Assembly (NCBI GenBank): GCA_011170325.1
Contig: DUEX01000002.1
Span: forward strand, 1,462-65,461
Reading direction: 5' to 3'
Length of the DNA: 64,000 bases
Origin: Dehalococcoidia bacterium
GTDB lineage: Bacteria > Chloroflexota > Dehalococcoidia > GIF9 > UBA5629
Shown: positions 1-14,503 of the stretch, in pieces
Position numbering within the stretch: the first letter of the stretch is position 1
How the letters are laid out: each line of letters opens with the position of its first letter
Position numbers and translations under genes: made by a program
The notes under the pieces: model-generated
What the model saw: only the letters and a program-made list of their open reading frames with translations
The model's database searches: none
Told to the model about the DNA's origin: nothing

Positions 1-239
1 GGCTGCCTTTGTTGCTTAGCATAAAGCTGTGCTCCTTCGAGCCGAGCTCGAGCCCAGGCTTTGAATTCAGGACGAGGCTGAAGAGATGAAGAGCTCCTCC
101 TAACACCAAGAGCGGTTCTAAGCAGCGGCTCAAGCTCAGCCGCCTCTTCAGGGTGGCAGCTAAGGCAACTCTCAATGCTTTCGCCTCGAAGCATCCGCTC
201 AAGGCATTCGTTAAAGATATTTTCTAACTTCTTAGCCAT
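1..239 (-). CDS. Partial ORF (79 codons, runs off the window start) overlapping the 3' end of the ECF sigma gene; candidate cognate anti-sigma factor.
   Basis: Manual minus-strand translation from ATG at 239-237 gives MAKKLENIFNECLERMLRGESIESCLSCHPEEAAELEPLLRTALG..., open to position 1. The ATG overlaps the last codons and stop of the sigma gene (translational coupling). The Cys/His-containing N-terminus is typical of zinc-binding anti-sigma factors. It is absent from the supplied ORF track, probably because it is truncated. Confidence 0.35.
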   Translation of the reverse strand, partial: MAKKLENIFNECLERMLRGESIESCLSCHPEEAAELEPLLRTALGVRRSSSSLQPRPEFKAWARARLEGAQLYAKQQRQ

Positions 240-774
240 TCCATTTCCCAAAAAGGATTTTCCTCAATGACATTGTGGCATTATACTGCAAAGCCTTCAC
301 TGTCCCTTCACTTTTGCCTAAGGCTTTGGCGACCTCAGCAATAGGCAGTCCGGCAATAAAACGAAGGGAGATCACCTCCTGCTGAGCTAAAGGTAAGTTC
401 TTTAAAGCCACGGTTAACTCTTCAATCTCAAGCTTCTGCTCAGTCATGACTACCGGATCTCCGTCACCAACTGCAGTTGCTTCGTCTAAAGTTGTTCTTT
501 TTTCCTTTGCTTGCTTCCTCAAATAGTCAATCACTTGATTATGGGCAATACGAAATAACCAAGAGGCAAATGGCACACCCCGCCATTTGTAAGAGCCGAG
601 TGCCTCCAAGGCCTTAATAAATACCTCCTGAGTTAAATCTTCCGCCTCAGCTTGACCATTTACCCTGAAATAAATATAGCGATATATCTTATCAAAGTGC
701 TCATCGTAAAGCTGAGTAAAAGCTATTTGATTACCATCTATCGCCTGACGGACTAAAGTTTCTTCACTCGACAC
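232..774 (-). CDS. ECF-family RNA polymerase sigma-70 factor.
   Basis: 180 aa. Region-2-like segment FIKALEALGSYKWRGVPFASWLFRIAHNQVIDYLRK. Region-4 HTH GLPIAEVAKALGKSEGTVKALQYNATMSLRK. Confidence 0.85.
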   Translation of the reverse strand: MSSEETLVRQAIDGNQIAFTQLYDEHFDKIYRYIYFRVNGQAEAEDLTQEVFIKALEALGSYKWRGVPFASWLFRIAHNQVIDYLRKQAKEKRTTLDEATAVGDGDPVVMTEQKLEIEELTVALKNLPLAQQEVISLRFIAGLPIAEVAKALGKSEGTVKALQYNATMSLRKILFGKWNG

Positions 775-1131
775 CAGATGACCTCTTCTTATCTGGTGTC
801 TATTATATTAAAAACGAACTAGGAAGGAAAAAGGTTTATATGAGGCTAAGCTTATGTGAGACGTCCCAATACAATTGCCCTCATTGCGGTACTATCGTTG
901 CCCCAACGTCCAGATTTTGACCAAATTATAGTATAGTACGTGGTTAAACTGAGGAGTACAACAAGATGGCATGGGTCACATTGTTTTGGCGAGCGGCTAA
1001 GAATGTATTCTCAGTAAATGAGACAAGTTGGACTGTTGTGCAGGCTTCTCACACCGGCTGTATTTTCCGCCTCCCCCGACTGGGAACACTTTCGCATAAG
1101 GTCTGAGGCGTTCACACCACCCAAACCTCGC

Positions 1132-1905
1132 TTATTCCTCGGTTACAACTGCTGGCTCTCTCTCGCGAAGCCAGAGGGCTCCCCCTATTACCAGCAGTGC
1201 CCACGCAGCGATGAGCAGTTCTGTCTGAACGACCGACGAAAGAAGCCTCGACATCAAAAGAGCGCTATAGTGCAGGAAAGCGTGCAAGAAAGAGGCTAGA
1301 AGGTAAAACTGCCATCCCCAACCTCTAGCCAGACCCCAGCCGGCTAGGGCACAAGAAGCGGTGTGATAGCCCACAACAAATAATCTCTCCCAGAACCCAC
1401 CTAAGGCTACAATTCCGCTGGTCTGCACGCTTTCCCAGCTCCAGCCAGAGGCAAAGATAAAGTTGTGTACCCACTGCGCCTCAAAAATGCCAAATCCTAC
1501 GCCGGATACTGCACCAATAAGTAGCCCCATTTTAGGGTCAATATTCCTGCCTCTACGCCACCACCAGACAACCACTGGCACGAACTTGGACCCTTCCTGA
1601 ACCAGCCCACCGACTAGTATAGCTGGTATTCCAGCAAGCAGCAGCCAGCGTGAGAGAACTTCTTGGCTCCACAAGTGATTCAATGCTTGCCCCGTCCAAG
1701 TTTGGAGGGGAATTTGAATGAAGGCGATACCAACCAGGGTCAGGATGGAACTGGCAGCAAGAACCACCCAGAGCCATGGCTTCTCAAACAGCGGCGGCCT
1801 GTAACAGGCGAGCCAAACTGCACCAAAAACTACTGCCAGACCAATCCCCAAGATACTAGGGTTAGCGAACCAAGAAAGGAAGAAGCCAATCACTTGTTCC
1901 AGCAT
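1132..1905 (-). CDS. Polytopic integral membrane protein of unknown function.
   Basis: 257 aa with multiple long hydrophobic segments and Trp-rich loops. No catalytic motif recognised. Confidence 0.45.
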   Translation of the reverse strand: MLEQVIGFFLSWFANPSILGIGLAVVFGAVWLACYRPPLFEKPWLWVVLAASSILTLVGIAFIQIPLQTWTGQALNHLWSQEVLSRWLLLAGIPAILVGGLVQEGSKFVPVVVWWWRRGRNIDPKMGLLIGAVSGVGFGIFEAQWVHNFIFASGWSWESVQTSGIVALGGFWERLFVVGYHTASCALAGWGLARGWGWQFYLLASFLHAFLHYSALLMSRLLSSVVQTELLIAAWALLVIGGALWLREREPAVVTEE

Positions 1906-2109
1906 AAACGCTCCCTCAATCGGTAGAGATGCATCTCAAGTGTCAAGACGATTTGTCATCAACATTATACCATATCTGTCTTGTGGCGAGACTTCGATAA
2001 GCGAGTAGATGCGTCACGAACCCATCCGTCTGGAATGTAGCTACAATTTTGAAGAGGATAAGAATGTCATCAAGCTTGATTTGGAAACCAGTCAAATCGC
2101 CCGATTGAG

Positions 2110-2138
2110 TTGATAAAAACCGACCTCGGCACTATAAT
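2110..2138 (+). promoter_or_regulatory. Sigma70-like promoter TTGATA-17-TATAAT, about 115 nt upstream of the amidohydrolase gene.
   Basis: TTGATA at 2110-2115, 17-nt spacer, TATAAT at 2133-2138. The downstream leader contains GC-rich hairpin-capable sequence (gggcgggacgcgggg...ccgaaaacgg). Confidence 0.4.
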
Positions 2139-2254
2139 TCGGGCGGGACGCGGGGATTCAACCGAAAACGGTTCAAGCAGCACAGCATGTCAGCCCACGA
2201 GCATTCTTAGTGAGAGCACTAACATAGTCAAATCAGCAAAAAGGAGGTGGCGGA

Positions 2255-3196
2255 ATGATTGTTGATTGCCATGTGCACACGTGGAGGTATCCTGAGCATT
2301 TCGTCAAAAAAGACGTTATGCTGAGAAGCCAGCCGGCGAGGAGAAAGAACTGGTCTGACGAACAATTTAAGCAAATGTTTGATATCCCGATCGAGAATTA
2401 CCTTAAAGCAGCAGAGGGAGTCATTGACAAGGCAATTCTAGTGGGGTTTGCCGCTCCTGACACTGCTGGAGTGCTTGTCCCCAACGATTATGTGAGAGAG
2501 GTTGCCAACCAACATCCTGACAAGCTTGAGTGGTGTTGCTGCGTCATCCCGACAGAAGAAGGGGCTGTTGAAGAGGTTGAGCGGTGCGTTAAACTAGGAG
2601 CAATTGCCTTGGGGGAACTTGCGCCAGTTCTTGGCGGATATTATGCGAACGACAAGCGGTGTTACCCTGTATGGGAAAGGTGCCAGAACCTAGGAGTCCC
2701 AGTCATTATTCACGCTGGGTTGACTCAGCTCACACCAGCCAGAATGAAGTATGCTGACTTAAACGCTATTGATGATATCGCGATTGATTTCCCTGACTTG
2801 AAATTGGTTATTTGCCATATGGGTTACCCACAGTATGAAACTGGCTCCTTCCTGATACAAAAGCATGCCAATGTTTACGGCGGCATTGAGTGGCTTGCCA
2901 GCCTTAGCGGCCTCGACAGGCAAGCCTTGTCTAAGTATAACCCCCAGGTGGATTACGCTTACTACTTCCACCTGATTTATCCCCTAATTTACCACTTAAG
3001 CCAGACCTTTGGTGAGCCCGACAAGCTCATATTTGGTACGGATTGGACAGAGAGCTCCCCAAGAAGGTCTATTGAAATATTTGAACACATAAATGACTTA
3101 ACAAAGAAACTGAACCTTCCGGCGATTCCTGACCAGATCATACATAATCTGCTTCATGAGAACTGGAAGAAGGTCTTCAAATTAACGGAGAGATAG
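2255..3196 (+). CDS. Amidohydrolase-2 family (TIM-barrel metal-dependent hydrolase).
   Basis: 313 aa. N-terminal metal-binding His pair (DCHVHTW) and later HAG/ICHMGYP motifs typical of PF04909-type hydrolases. GGAGGTG RBS 7 nt upstream. Confidence 0.65.
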   Translation: MIVDCHVHTWRYPEHFVKKDVMLRSQPARRKNWSDEQFKQMFDIPIENYLKAAEGVIDKAILVGFAAPDTAGVLVPNDYVREVANQHPDKLEWCCCVIPTEEGAVEEVERCVKLGAIALGELAPVLGGYYANDKRCYPVWERCQNLGVPVIIHAGLTQLTPARMKYADLNAIDDIAIDFPDLKLVICHMGYPQYETGSFLIQKHANVYGGIEWLASLSGLDRQALSKYNPQVDYAYYFHLIYPLIYHLSQTFGEPDKLIFGTDWTESSPRRSIEIFEHINDLTKKLNLPAIPDQIIHNLLHENWKKVFKLTER

Positions 3197-3243
3197 AAGG
3201 AATGTCTATCTCAACTCATAAAGTTGACCAGCTGTGGGAACAA

Positions 3244-4050
3244 TTACTTGCCCTGATACAGGGGGGGCCTCTTCTCACCAGCAGCTCTTTGCCCCTCTTT
3301 GCCGTCATCTGTGTGGAAAGCAAGCGACATCAGCCAGCCCTCCCAGTCAATGGCACTATTAAAGTCCATCCCGAGCCCCTTATATATCAGCTCCTTGGTC
3401 ATCGCATTGCTCAGAGGCGCATATCCAGCTAGTCTGCTAGCCAGATCCATGGCAGCCTCTTCTAGCTTTTTGTCAGGAACTACCTTATTCACCATCCCTA
3501 TTCGTTCAGCCTCTTGAGCATCTATTGTGTCACCCGTTAGTAGGAGCTCTGCAGCCTTGCCTAAGCCTACCACCCGGGGTAGTAACCAGCAGGCCCCGAG
3601 ATCCGAAGAAGGTAACCCTACCCGTGGAAACAAGAAGGCAAACCGAGCTCTCTCCGCGGCAATTCGAATGTCACAAGCAACGGCAATAACCGCTCCTGCC
3701 CCTGCAGCATATCCATTCACAGCCGCAATGGTAGGTTTCCTGAGGCTAAGCAGTCCTTTGGTAACACGCCCTGCCATGCGCTGAAAGGCAATCAATGCCC
3801 GGGAGTCCGCCTCTAGAAGCCTGCCCATGATATCGTGGACATCTCCGCCAGAACAAAATCCCCTCCCCTCCCCTGTAAGAACCAGAACTTTGACAGTGTC
3901 ATCCTCTCTTAAGTCAAAAGCCATACGCCCTAACTCTTCGTAGGTCTCAAATGTAAGTGCATTTAATTGCGCGGGACGGTTCAATCTAACGGTAGCAATA
4001 CCACCTTCCACAGTAAATATGAAACTCTTATATGGCCATTTTCTCACCAT
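3244..4050 (-). CDS. Enoyl-CoA hydratase/isomerase (crotonase) family protein.
   Basis: 268 aa. Crotonase oxyanion-hole region TIAAVNGYAAGAGAVIAVACDIRIAAERARF and GFCSGGD motif. AAGGAG RBS. Confidence 0.85.
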   Translation of the reverse strand: MVRKWPYKSFIFTVEGGIATVRLNRPAQLNALTFETYEELGRMAFDLREDDTVKVLVLTGEGRGFCSGGDVHDIMGRLLEADSRALIAFQRMAGRVTKGLLSLRKPTIAAVNGYAAGAGAVIAVACDIRIAAERARFAFLFPRVGLPSSDLGACWLLPRVVGLGKAAELLLTGDTIDAQEAERIGMVNKVVPDKKLEEAAMDLASRLAGYAPLSNAMTKELIYKGLGMDFNSAIDWEGWLMSLAFHTDDGKEGQRAAGEKRPPLYQGK

Positions 4051-4095
4051 CTTTGCCCATCTCCTTGTTTTATAAATAGATTCTTAAGCAACTTC

Positions 4096-4115
4096 GGGGG
4101 CCTCCCCCATTTTTG
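4096..4115 (+). other. GC hairpin GGGGGCCTCCCCC followed by ATTTTT (terminator-like on the + strand; orphan).
   Basis: Perfect 5-bp GC stem with 3-nt loop, then a T-run. No upstream + strand gene. Lies in the promoter region of the minus-strand crotonase gene. Confidence 0.25.
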
Positions 4116-4558
4116 CGCGCTTTTACTAGACCGTACACATCACCTCCTCTTTCGTAGAATCGGACCACCTCCGTGCGGCAACTAACTTCTCTAACTCAGG
4201 CAAAACAGGCTAAGCATACTCAACCTGAGCAGGACCGATGTCAGGGAAAGCACTCCTCACAAATTCCAAGAGGATGAAGGCCTTGGTTGCCCGAGAGCAT
4301 GCCCTTGCTACATCTTGCCAAAAGGCCTCAACTCTCTATCATATTGGAGTGAAAGACTGCCCATAGCGGCTTCCTGCTCCAAGTCTCGTACACCACCCAT
4401 TTTATAGCGGCGGTTCTTTGAATGCAAGGAGAGGGGACAAAGCTACCGAAGTAAACAACCTGCTATAAGGCGCTGAATGAGCATATTATATTGACCACCC
4501 AAGTAGTTGCGTAGTAGACTCTATTGGACAGATAACCATACCCAAGGAGGCAACCCAA

Positions 4559-5353
4559 ATGTTAAACCTAAAGGATATGCACCAGTGGGCAGAGGAACTT
4601 GAGAGGCGGTTGCGACTGAAAACCTTCCCTTTAGCAGTGAAATTGTTGGAAAAAGAAGAACATATTCCTGAGGGGGCGATGAGACCGATAAGGGACTTAG
4701 GCTACCATTTACCGCTTTGCCAAGGCTACGCAATGTCGCGCCGGGAGGGAACAGTGGTCGCAATGTTAAAACAGGACATGTGGTGTTTCGAACCGGTTGT
4801 AGGTTACGGATTAGTAGAATCTCCACAGTATTTCCTGGAGGGGTGCAACCGTTTCCCACAGGATGTCAAGACCTTAGAAGCTGGTAGGAATTATGCGAGC
4901 GATTTTCCTCGTTTGGAAACCGGTAAGTATATAGGTGTGGCGTCAGCACCATTGACAACAGCCAATTTTGAGCCTGATTTGGTTATAATATACTGTGATT
5001 CGTCTCAGTTAAGCCTGCTGCTTTTAGGGAGAGAATATAAAGATGGTCATGATCTTAAGTGTAGCTTATCCAGCCATGCGGCTTGTGTTTATTCCGTCGT
5101 GCCAGTAATGCAGAGTGGGGAATGCAGAGTTGCTATACCGTGCCGTGGCGATCACTATATGGCAATAGCCGGAGACGACGAACTGATTTTCACCGTACCG
5201 AAGGAGAAACTGGAAGATTTGATGGTGGGGCTTAGATACCTCGAGACCACTGGTTCCAAATTACCCAGAAATTATCAAACGAGGCGCGAGCCCGAATTTC
5301 CAGAAAGTTACATGAAGATTGCCAAAATGATAGGAATGCTAGAAGATAAGTAG
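4559..5353 (+). CDS. Conserved hypothetical protein (DUF169-like).
   Basis: 264 aa soluble protein, Cys-containing, no recognisable catalytic motif. Strong GGAGG RBS. Preceded by a ~500-bp non-coding region. Confidence 0.45.
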   Translation: MLNLKDMHQWAEELERRLRLKTFPLAVKLLEKEEHIPEGAMRPIRDLGYHLPLCQGYAMSRREGTVVAMLKQDMWCFEPVVGYGLVESPQYFLEGCNRFPQDVKTLEAGRNYASDFPRLETGKYIGVASAPLTTANFEPDLVIIYCDSSQLSLLLLGREYKDGHDLKCSLSSHAACVYSVVPVMQSGECRVAIPCRGDHYMAIAGDDELIFTVPKEKLEDLMVGLRYLETTGSKLPRNYQTRREPEFPESYMKIAKMIGMLEDK

Positions 5354-5514
5354 AAGTCAGGTTTCAGCCCGCTTGTTCTTAACCCTTATTGAGTGACGGA
5401 GGGCATAATGGACAGAGCTCAAATCCTAGGTGGGGATGACTGACTGGCTCGAATCTGAAGTCGCCCTAGCGGGTGATTCCTCTTCTAGTGGTTACTGAGT
5501 TTTTCTAGCTTTCC

Positions 5515-6528
<1,014 letters not shown>

Positions 6529-6557
6529 TTATGCCTCCTTCTTTGTTCTATCGCCAA

Positions 6558-6998
6558 TTAAACCTTATTATAACTTGCCTTTACCTTAGTTCCAATCCCC
6601 CCCCTTGTATTCCACTCTGCCACGATCTCCATTCTTTTGGGCTTCGCAGCATTGACCAGGTCATCGAGTATTCGATTGGTTGCCTCTTCGTAAAATATCT
6701 CGACCATTCTGTAGCTTGTCAGGTAAAATTTGAGCGACTTCAATTCGACTATCTCCTGGTCAGGGACATATCTAATAGTAAGCGTGGCATAGTCAGGCTG
6801 CCCCGGATTGAGTGGACAAAGGCAGGTAAATTCGCTGGAGACCACTTCCTCCTCATATTCTCTATCAGGATACGGGTTGGGCATGGCTATCAAAAGCTCT
6901 TTCTGGGGATAAGCTTTATACTCAAGTTTGAGGCTTTTGACCCTGTCCTTTAACTCATCCATTGCTTTAGCCTCTAGCCCGGTAGAATTTGGTGTCAT
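6558..6998 (-). CDS. queF: NADPH-dependent 7-cyano-7-deazaguanine (preQ0) reductase QueF, unimodular type.
   Basis: 146 aa. QueF motif E(L)KSLKFYL. Catalytic Cys region FTCLCPLNPGQPD. Confidence 0.85.
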   Translation of the reverse strand: MTPNSTGLEAKAMDELKDRVKSLKLEYKAYPQKELLIAMPNPYPDREYEEEVVSSEFTCLCPLNPGQPDYATLTIRYVPDQEIVELKSLKFYLTSYRMVEIFYEEATNRILDDLVNAAKPKRMEIVAEWNTRGGIGTKVKASYNKV

Positions 6999-7962
6999 CC
7001 TTCACCACTTCTCCCACCTTGCCTTCGCTTACCAGAAGCTGAAGATGAGCTAAGGTCTCCATCACAGCCAGTCGCCTATCCCAGGCAGCCAGGCCTTGGA
7101 AACTGATAGCCTCGGCATCAGGCATCCACGGGATCTCCGTAGCTATTTGATAGGCTGTTTTCATTTCATCTTGTGTAACCTCTACCACAGCCGATTTCCT
7201 CCGTTCATGATGATAAAGTAATTCCTCAATTCTCTGTCCGAGCCCGCTAAAAGCAGGACCATGTCCGGGGAAGACAAAATTGACTTCTAGCTCCATCAAA
7301 CCTTTCAGAGAATTGAGGAAATCACCCAATGGGTTTTTCCCAGATTGAGGATGGAGACCGATATGGGGAGTAATCTCAGGTAAAACATGGTCTCCGGAAA
7401 ATAGGAATTTCCGTTTTGGTTCATAAAGGCAGACATGTCCTGGTGAATGCCCCGGGGTTAATAAAACCTTAAACTCAAAAGGCTCAATAGAAATCTTTTC
7501 TCCAGCCTTTAGTTTGATTTCGGGCAAAGCCGGTATTACAAACTGACGCACTGGCAACGAGGCTTCACTGAGTTGGGACAGCTCACTTTGGGGAACTCCG
7601 TTGGAACGGAGAAGGTGCAACACCTTCTTCAGCAGAACATCCAAATTCACATATCGTAAATCAAGCATACCCGCCTCGATTCCACTGAGAGCTACTTTAG
7701 CCCCAGAAAGCTCTCTAATCTTGCCAGCTAGGCCATAATGGTCAGGGTGGAGATGAGTAACTACAATTTGACTGATATCTTTAAAATCAAAGCCGCTATT
7801 CCTCAGCTCCTCTTTTAATGTGGAAAAGGCTTCTGGAGTATTCCAACCAGTATCAATCATCAGGTTACCCTTCTTGCCTTCGATTAAGTAAACATTGACA
7901 TGGTCTAGCGCACCGACGGGCAAGGGAATTTTTATCTGGTGGATACCCTGAACTAACTCCAT
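6967..7962 (-). CDS. MBL-fold metallo-hydrolase.
   Basis: 331 aa. HxHxDH motif VTHLHPDHYG and downstream His/Asp ligands. Its 3' end overlaps the queF start by ~32 nt. Confidence 0.8.
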   Translation of the reverse strand: MELVQGIHQIKIPLPVGALDHVNVYLIEGKKGNLMIDTGWNTPEAFSTLKEELRNSGFDFKDISQIVVTHLHPDHYGLAGKIRELSGAKVALSGIEAGMLDLRYVNLDVLLKKVLHLLRSNGVPQSELSQLSEASLPVRQFVIPALPEIKLKAGEKISIEPFEFKVLLTPGHSPGHVCLYEPKRKFLFSGDHVLPEITPHIGLHPQSGKNPLGDFLNSLKGLMELEVNFVFPGHGPAFSGLGQRIEELLYHHERRKSAVVEVTQDEMKTAYQIATEIPWMPDAEAISFQGLAAWDRRLAVMETLAHLQLLVSEGKVGEVVKDDTKFYRARG

Positions 7963-7966
7963 TATT

Positions 7967-9786
<1,820 letters not shown>

Positions 9787-9858
9787 CCGCCCAACTCTAC
9801 CAAACCAATTTAACAGCCATTATAACATTCGAGCCTAGATAGCAGCAAAAAGCGCGGT

Positions 9859-10440
9859 TTAATTAAACTTATTCATGGCTGCGGTTATTCCTTCTGTTAT
9901 AGTACACTTGATAGCCTCAGCTACTGTAGCGATGGCTGGCTTAATCATCTCCTCCTCCTGGGAAGTGAAGTCGCTGAGCACATAGCCGACTATGATGTCC
10001 TCATCGGTGACTGGAGCTCCATCATCTCGGACAGGGCGTCCGATGCCTACCTTAATTCGACAGAAATCCTGGCTTCCCAGTACCGCAATTATTGAATCTA
10101 TCCCCTTATGTCCCCCCGAGCTGCCACCCTGGCGGAGGCGGAGCCTACCCAGAGGCAAATCAAGGTCATCACAGATGACCAATAAATCCTGCGGGGAGGC
10201 TTTATATCGGCGCATTAGGCAACTCACTGCCTCGCCACTCTGGTTGACAAAGGTCTTGGGTTTGACCAGCAATGATTCGGTGCCAGCCACCTCGCCACCA
10301 CCAACCTGAGACCGACACTGCCTTTGTTTCGCAGGGATGGAATGAAGCTTAGCCAAATAATTTATGCAGCGAAAGCCTATATTGTGACGGTTATGGGCAT
10401 AAGCTTTACCTGGATTGCCCAGCCCAACAATGAGTCTCAT
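9859..10440 (-). CDS. pth: Peptidyl-tRNA hydrolase.
   Basis: 193 aa. N-terminal MRLIVGLGNPGKAYAHNRHNIGF signature. Confidence 0.9.
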   Translation of the reverse strand: MRLIVGLGNPGKAYAHNRHNIGFRCINYLAKLHSIPAKQRQCRSQVGGGEVAGTESLLVKPKTFVNQSGEAVSCLMRRYKASPQDLLVICDDLDLPLGRLRLRQGGSSGGHKGIDSIIAVLGSQDFCRIKVGIGRPVRDDGAPVTDEDIIVGYVLSDFTSQEEEMIKPAIATVAEAIKCTITEGITAAMNKFN

Positions 10441-10447
10441 CGGTTGA

Positions 10448-12502
<2,055 letters not shown>

Positions 12503-12749
12503 TCATAGTATAGCACGGTCAAAAAATGGAGAGAAGGAAACTGCTGCGCTACCCTATTTTGATAGCCAATTTGCTTCTACGCTTATATTTATAGTAATTT
12601 ATAGCATCATAATGCGCTATTACTTGAGTGTGGTTAGGTTTAAGAAGCATCGGACACAGCAAAATTCGATATAGGGGGACTAAAACAGGAAGCCAAATTT
12701 TGCAAGTAGCCACCGAAACGAGCAAGATAATTCACACTTAGAGGCGATA

Positions 12750-13316
12750 ATGATAGTCTATTCTTTGTTACTTGTGCCCCTTGGTTATTTATTGGGCTCT
12801 ATCCCATCGGCTTATATCATCGGGCGATTGGTGGGAAATGTTGATATACAGCGAGAGGGTGACGGCCGAATAAGCGCAGCCTCTGTATATAGGAGGCTGG
12901 GCAGCACTCCATATTTGATGGTTATCCTCATGGATGTGAGCAAAGGAGCACTGGCCATTTTAATTGCCAAGATGCTCACCGAATCTCTAATACTAATATT
13001 AATTACTGGCTTTGCCGTGGTGATTGGCCATAACTGGTCTATCTTTTTGAAATTCAAGGGTGGACTGGGTGCCACGGTAATCTATGGAGTGCTCGCCAGC
13101 CTGGTATTCTGGCAGTTTCTAATAGGGAGCGCGATAGCCGCCATACCTTTCCTAGCAACACGCAAATCAGGGGTAAGCACCGGGATTCTAGTCATTGCGG
13201 TATGTATTGTCCTTTTGATCCAGAACCTGCCTCCGATTCTGGTGATATATCCCATCATCCTCACCCTGCTCATGGTTTTAAAGCGCTTTCAGATAAGCAG
13301 GACAGTACCAGCCTAG
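12750..13316 (+). CDS. plsY: Glycerol-3-phosphate acyltransferase PlsY-like membrane protein.
   Basis: 188 aa polytopic protein. HNWSIFLKFKGGLGAT matches the PlsY H..P.F..FKGG.G motif. The N-terminal motif is divergent. Confidence 0.6.
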   Translation: MIVYSLLLVPLGYLLGSIPSAYIIGRLVGNVDIQREGDGRISAASVYRRLGSTPYLMVILMDVSKGALAILIAKMLTESLILILITGFAVVIGHNWSIFLKFKGGLGATVIYGVLASLVFWQFLIGSAIAAIPFLATRKSGVSTGILVIAVCIVLLIQNLPPILVIYPIILTLLMVLKRFQISRTVPA

Positions 13317-13609
13317 CCTGTACCACTCGCCTCCAAATGGTTTGAATATGTGTCTCGGGGCTGGTTTGTCTATCGCCGTTACCGCTTCGCTGCCTCCTCA
13401 TTTTCCAACTTATACCTACACCGCGGCAGGTTCTTGCGCTTACAGCAACCACCTTCTTTGTATAATGCTAGCCTAATGGCTCTAGCAAGACAAGATTATT
13501 TAATATCAATCAAGAACGACTTTGCTCAAGGCAGCATACGTTGGCATATTGAATAGTCAGTCGCGTAGAGCTAGAATATTGCCTGATATCAGCAGCAGGT
13601 GATGATAAC

Positions 13610-13891
13610 ATGCCGGAAACATTCCTGTGTCCTAGGTGCGGCTCGGAAAATCCGTCAGGCTATCGATTCTGCGGGACATGCGGAGTAAGGTTGGCCGCGG
13701 GGACGCAGCAGTCAGAAATAACATGCTCTAATTGTAGCTCAAAAAATGCTCCAAGTTACCGATTCTGCGGGCATTGTGGTGCCAGGTTGGGCACTAGTTG
13801 CCCAAACTGTGGTGCCACTGTCCCCCCTGACTCTAGATATTGTCCAAATTGTGCCTTTCTTTGTGGCGAGGGACGGTATGGGGAAACGTAG
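13610..13891 (+). CDS. Multi-zinc-ribbon (double/triple zinc ribbon) protein.
   Basis: 93 aa with five CxxC pairs (CPRCG, CGTCG, CSNCS, CGHCG, CPNCG, CPNCAF). Each is preceded by an YRFCG/YRYCP-type ribbon motif. Confidence 0.6.
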   Translation: MPETFLCPRCGSENPSGYRFCGTCGVRLAAGTQQSEITCSNCSSKNAPSYRFCGHCGARLGTSCPNCGATVPPDSRYCPNCAFLCGEGRYGET

Positions 13892-14057
13892 TAGCAACCA
13901 ACAATTGTTGTATTATTGAGACTAAGGAATCGTCATATTACCATTACCTCCATTGACCAAATCCCTTCTCAAAAGTTGCCCGTTTTGGCTTTTGTACCGT
14001 CTTAGTTTGACCTTCAAGATGACTCTGTTTAGAATTCAGCCATAAACCTGCTTAAAA

Positions 14058-14489
14058 ATGAAAGCTAAATCGACACTGTGGTATACAGTCTATTCAATTA
14101 TAGGCACGATATTTGAAGAAGCTGCCCTGGTGGCAATCGTGCTGTGGGTATTGCCGCGTTTCAATATACATATTCCGTGGTGGGGCTTGGTTATTTTGAT
14201 GGTGGCTTTAGCCATATTTTCTTACGTCTCTTACCGAATAGGTAAGCCCACTCTGGTTCTGAGACCGAGGGTTGCTCCTGAGACCATAATCGGCAGTGAG
14301 GGAAAAGTAGTCACACCATTGGCTCCGGAGGGCTATGTCAAAGTCCAAGGAGAACTATGGAAAGCAATATCTGCTGAATCAGAACTGGAAGCAGGCAATG
14401 AAGTTGTGGTGGTGAGAATTGATGGGCTTAGACTTCTTGTTAGTCGGAAAGAAAAACTCGACTCAGCAGGCCAAAAAACTGACAATTAA
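14058..14489 (+). CDS. NfeD-family membrane protein (short form with C-terminal OB-fold).
   Basis: 143 aa. Two N-terminal TM helices, then a beta-rich segment (GKVVTPLAPEGYVKVQGELWKAISA...VVVVRIDGLRLLV) typical of the NfeD C-domain. No adjacent SPFH/stomatin partner. Confidence 0.6.
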   Translation: MKAKSTLWYTVYSIIGTIFEEAALVAIVLWVLPRFNIHIPWWGLVILMVALAIFSYVSYRIGKPTLVLRPRVAPETIIGSEGKVVTPLAPEGYVKVQGELWKAISAESELEAGNEVVVVRIDGLRLLVSRKEKLDSAGQKTDN

Positions 14490-14503
14490 TTTGGAGGTGA
14501 CCA

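Noticed and set aside
1018-1926. Multiple 60-90 aa ORFs overlapping the 1132-1905 membrane protein gene; similar short ORFs occur throughout (e.g. 3299-3517, 8055-8237, 20277-20637, 58684-59086).
   Set aside because: They are shadow or antisense frames inside well-supported longer genes, with no RBS or family signal.
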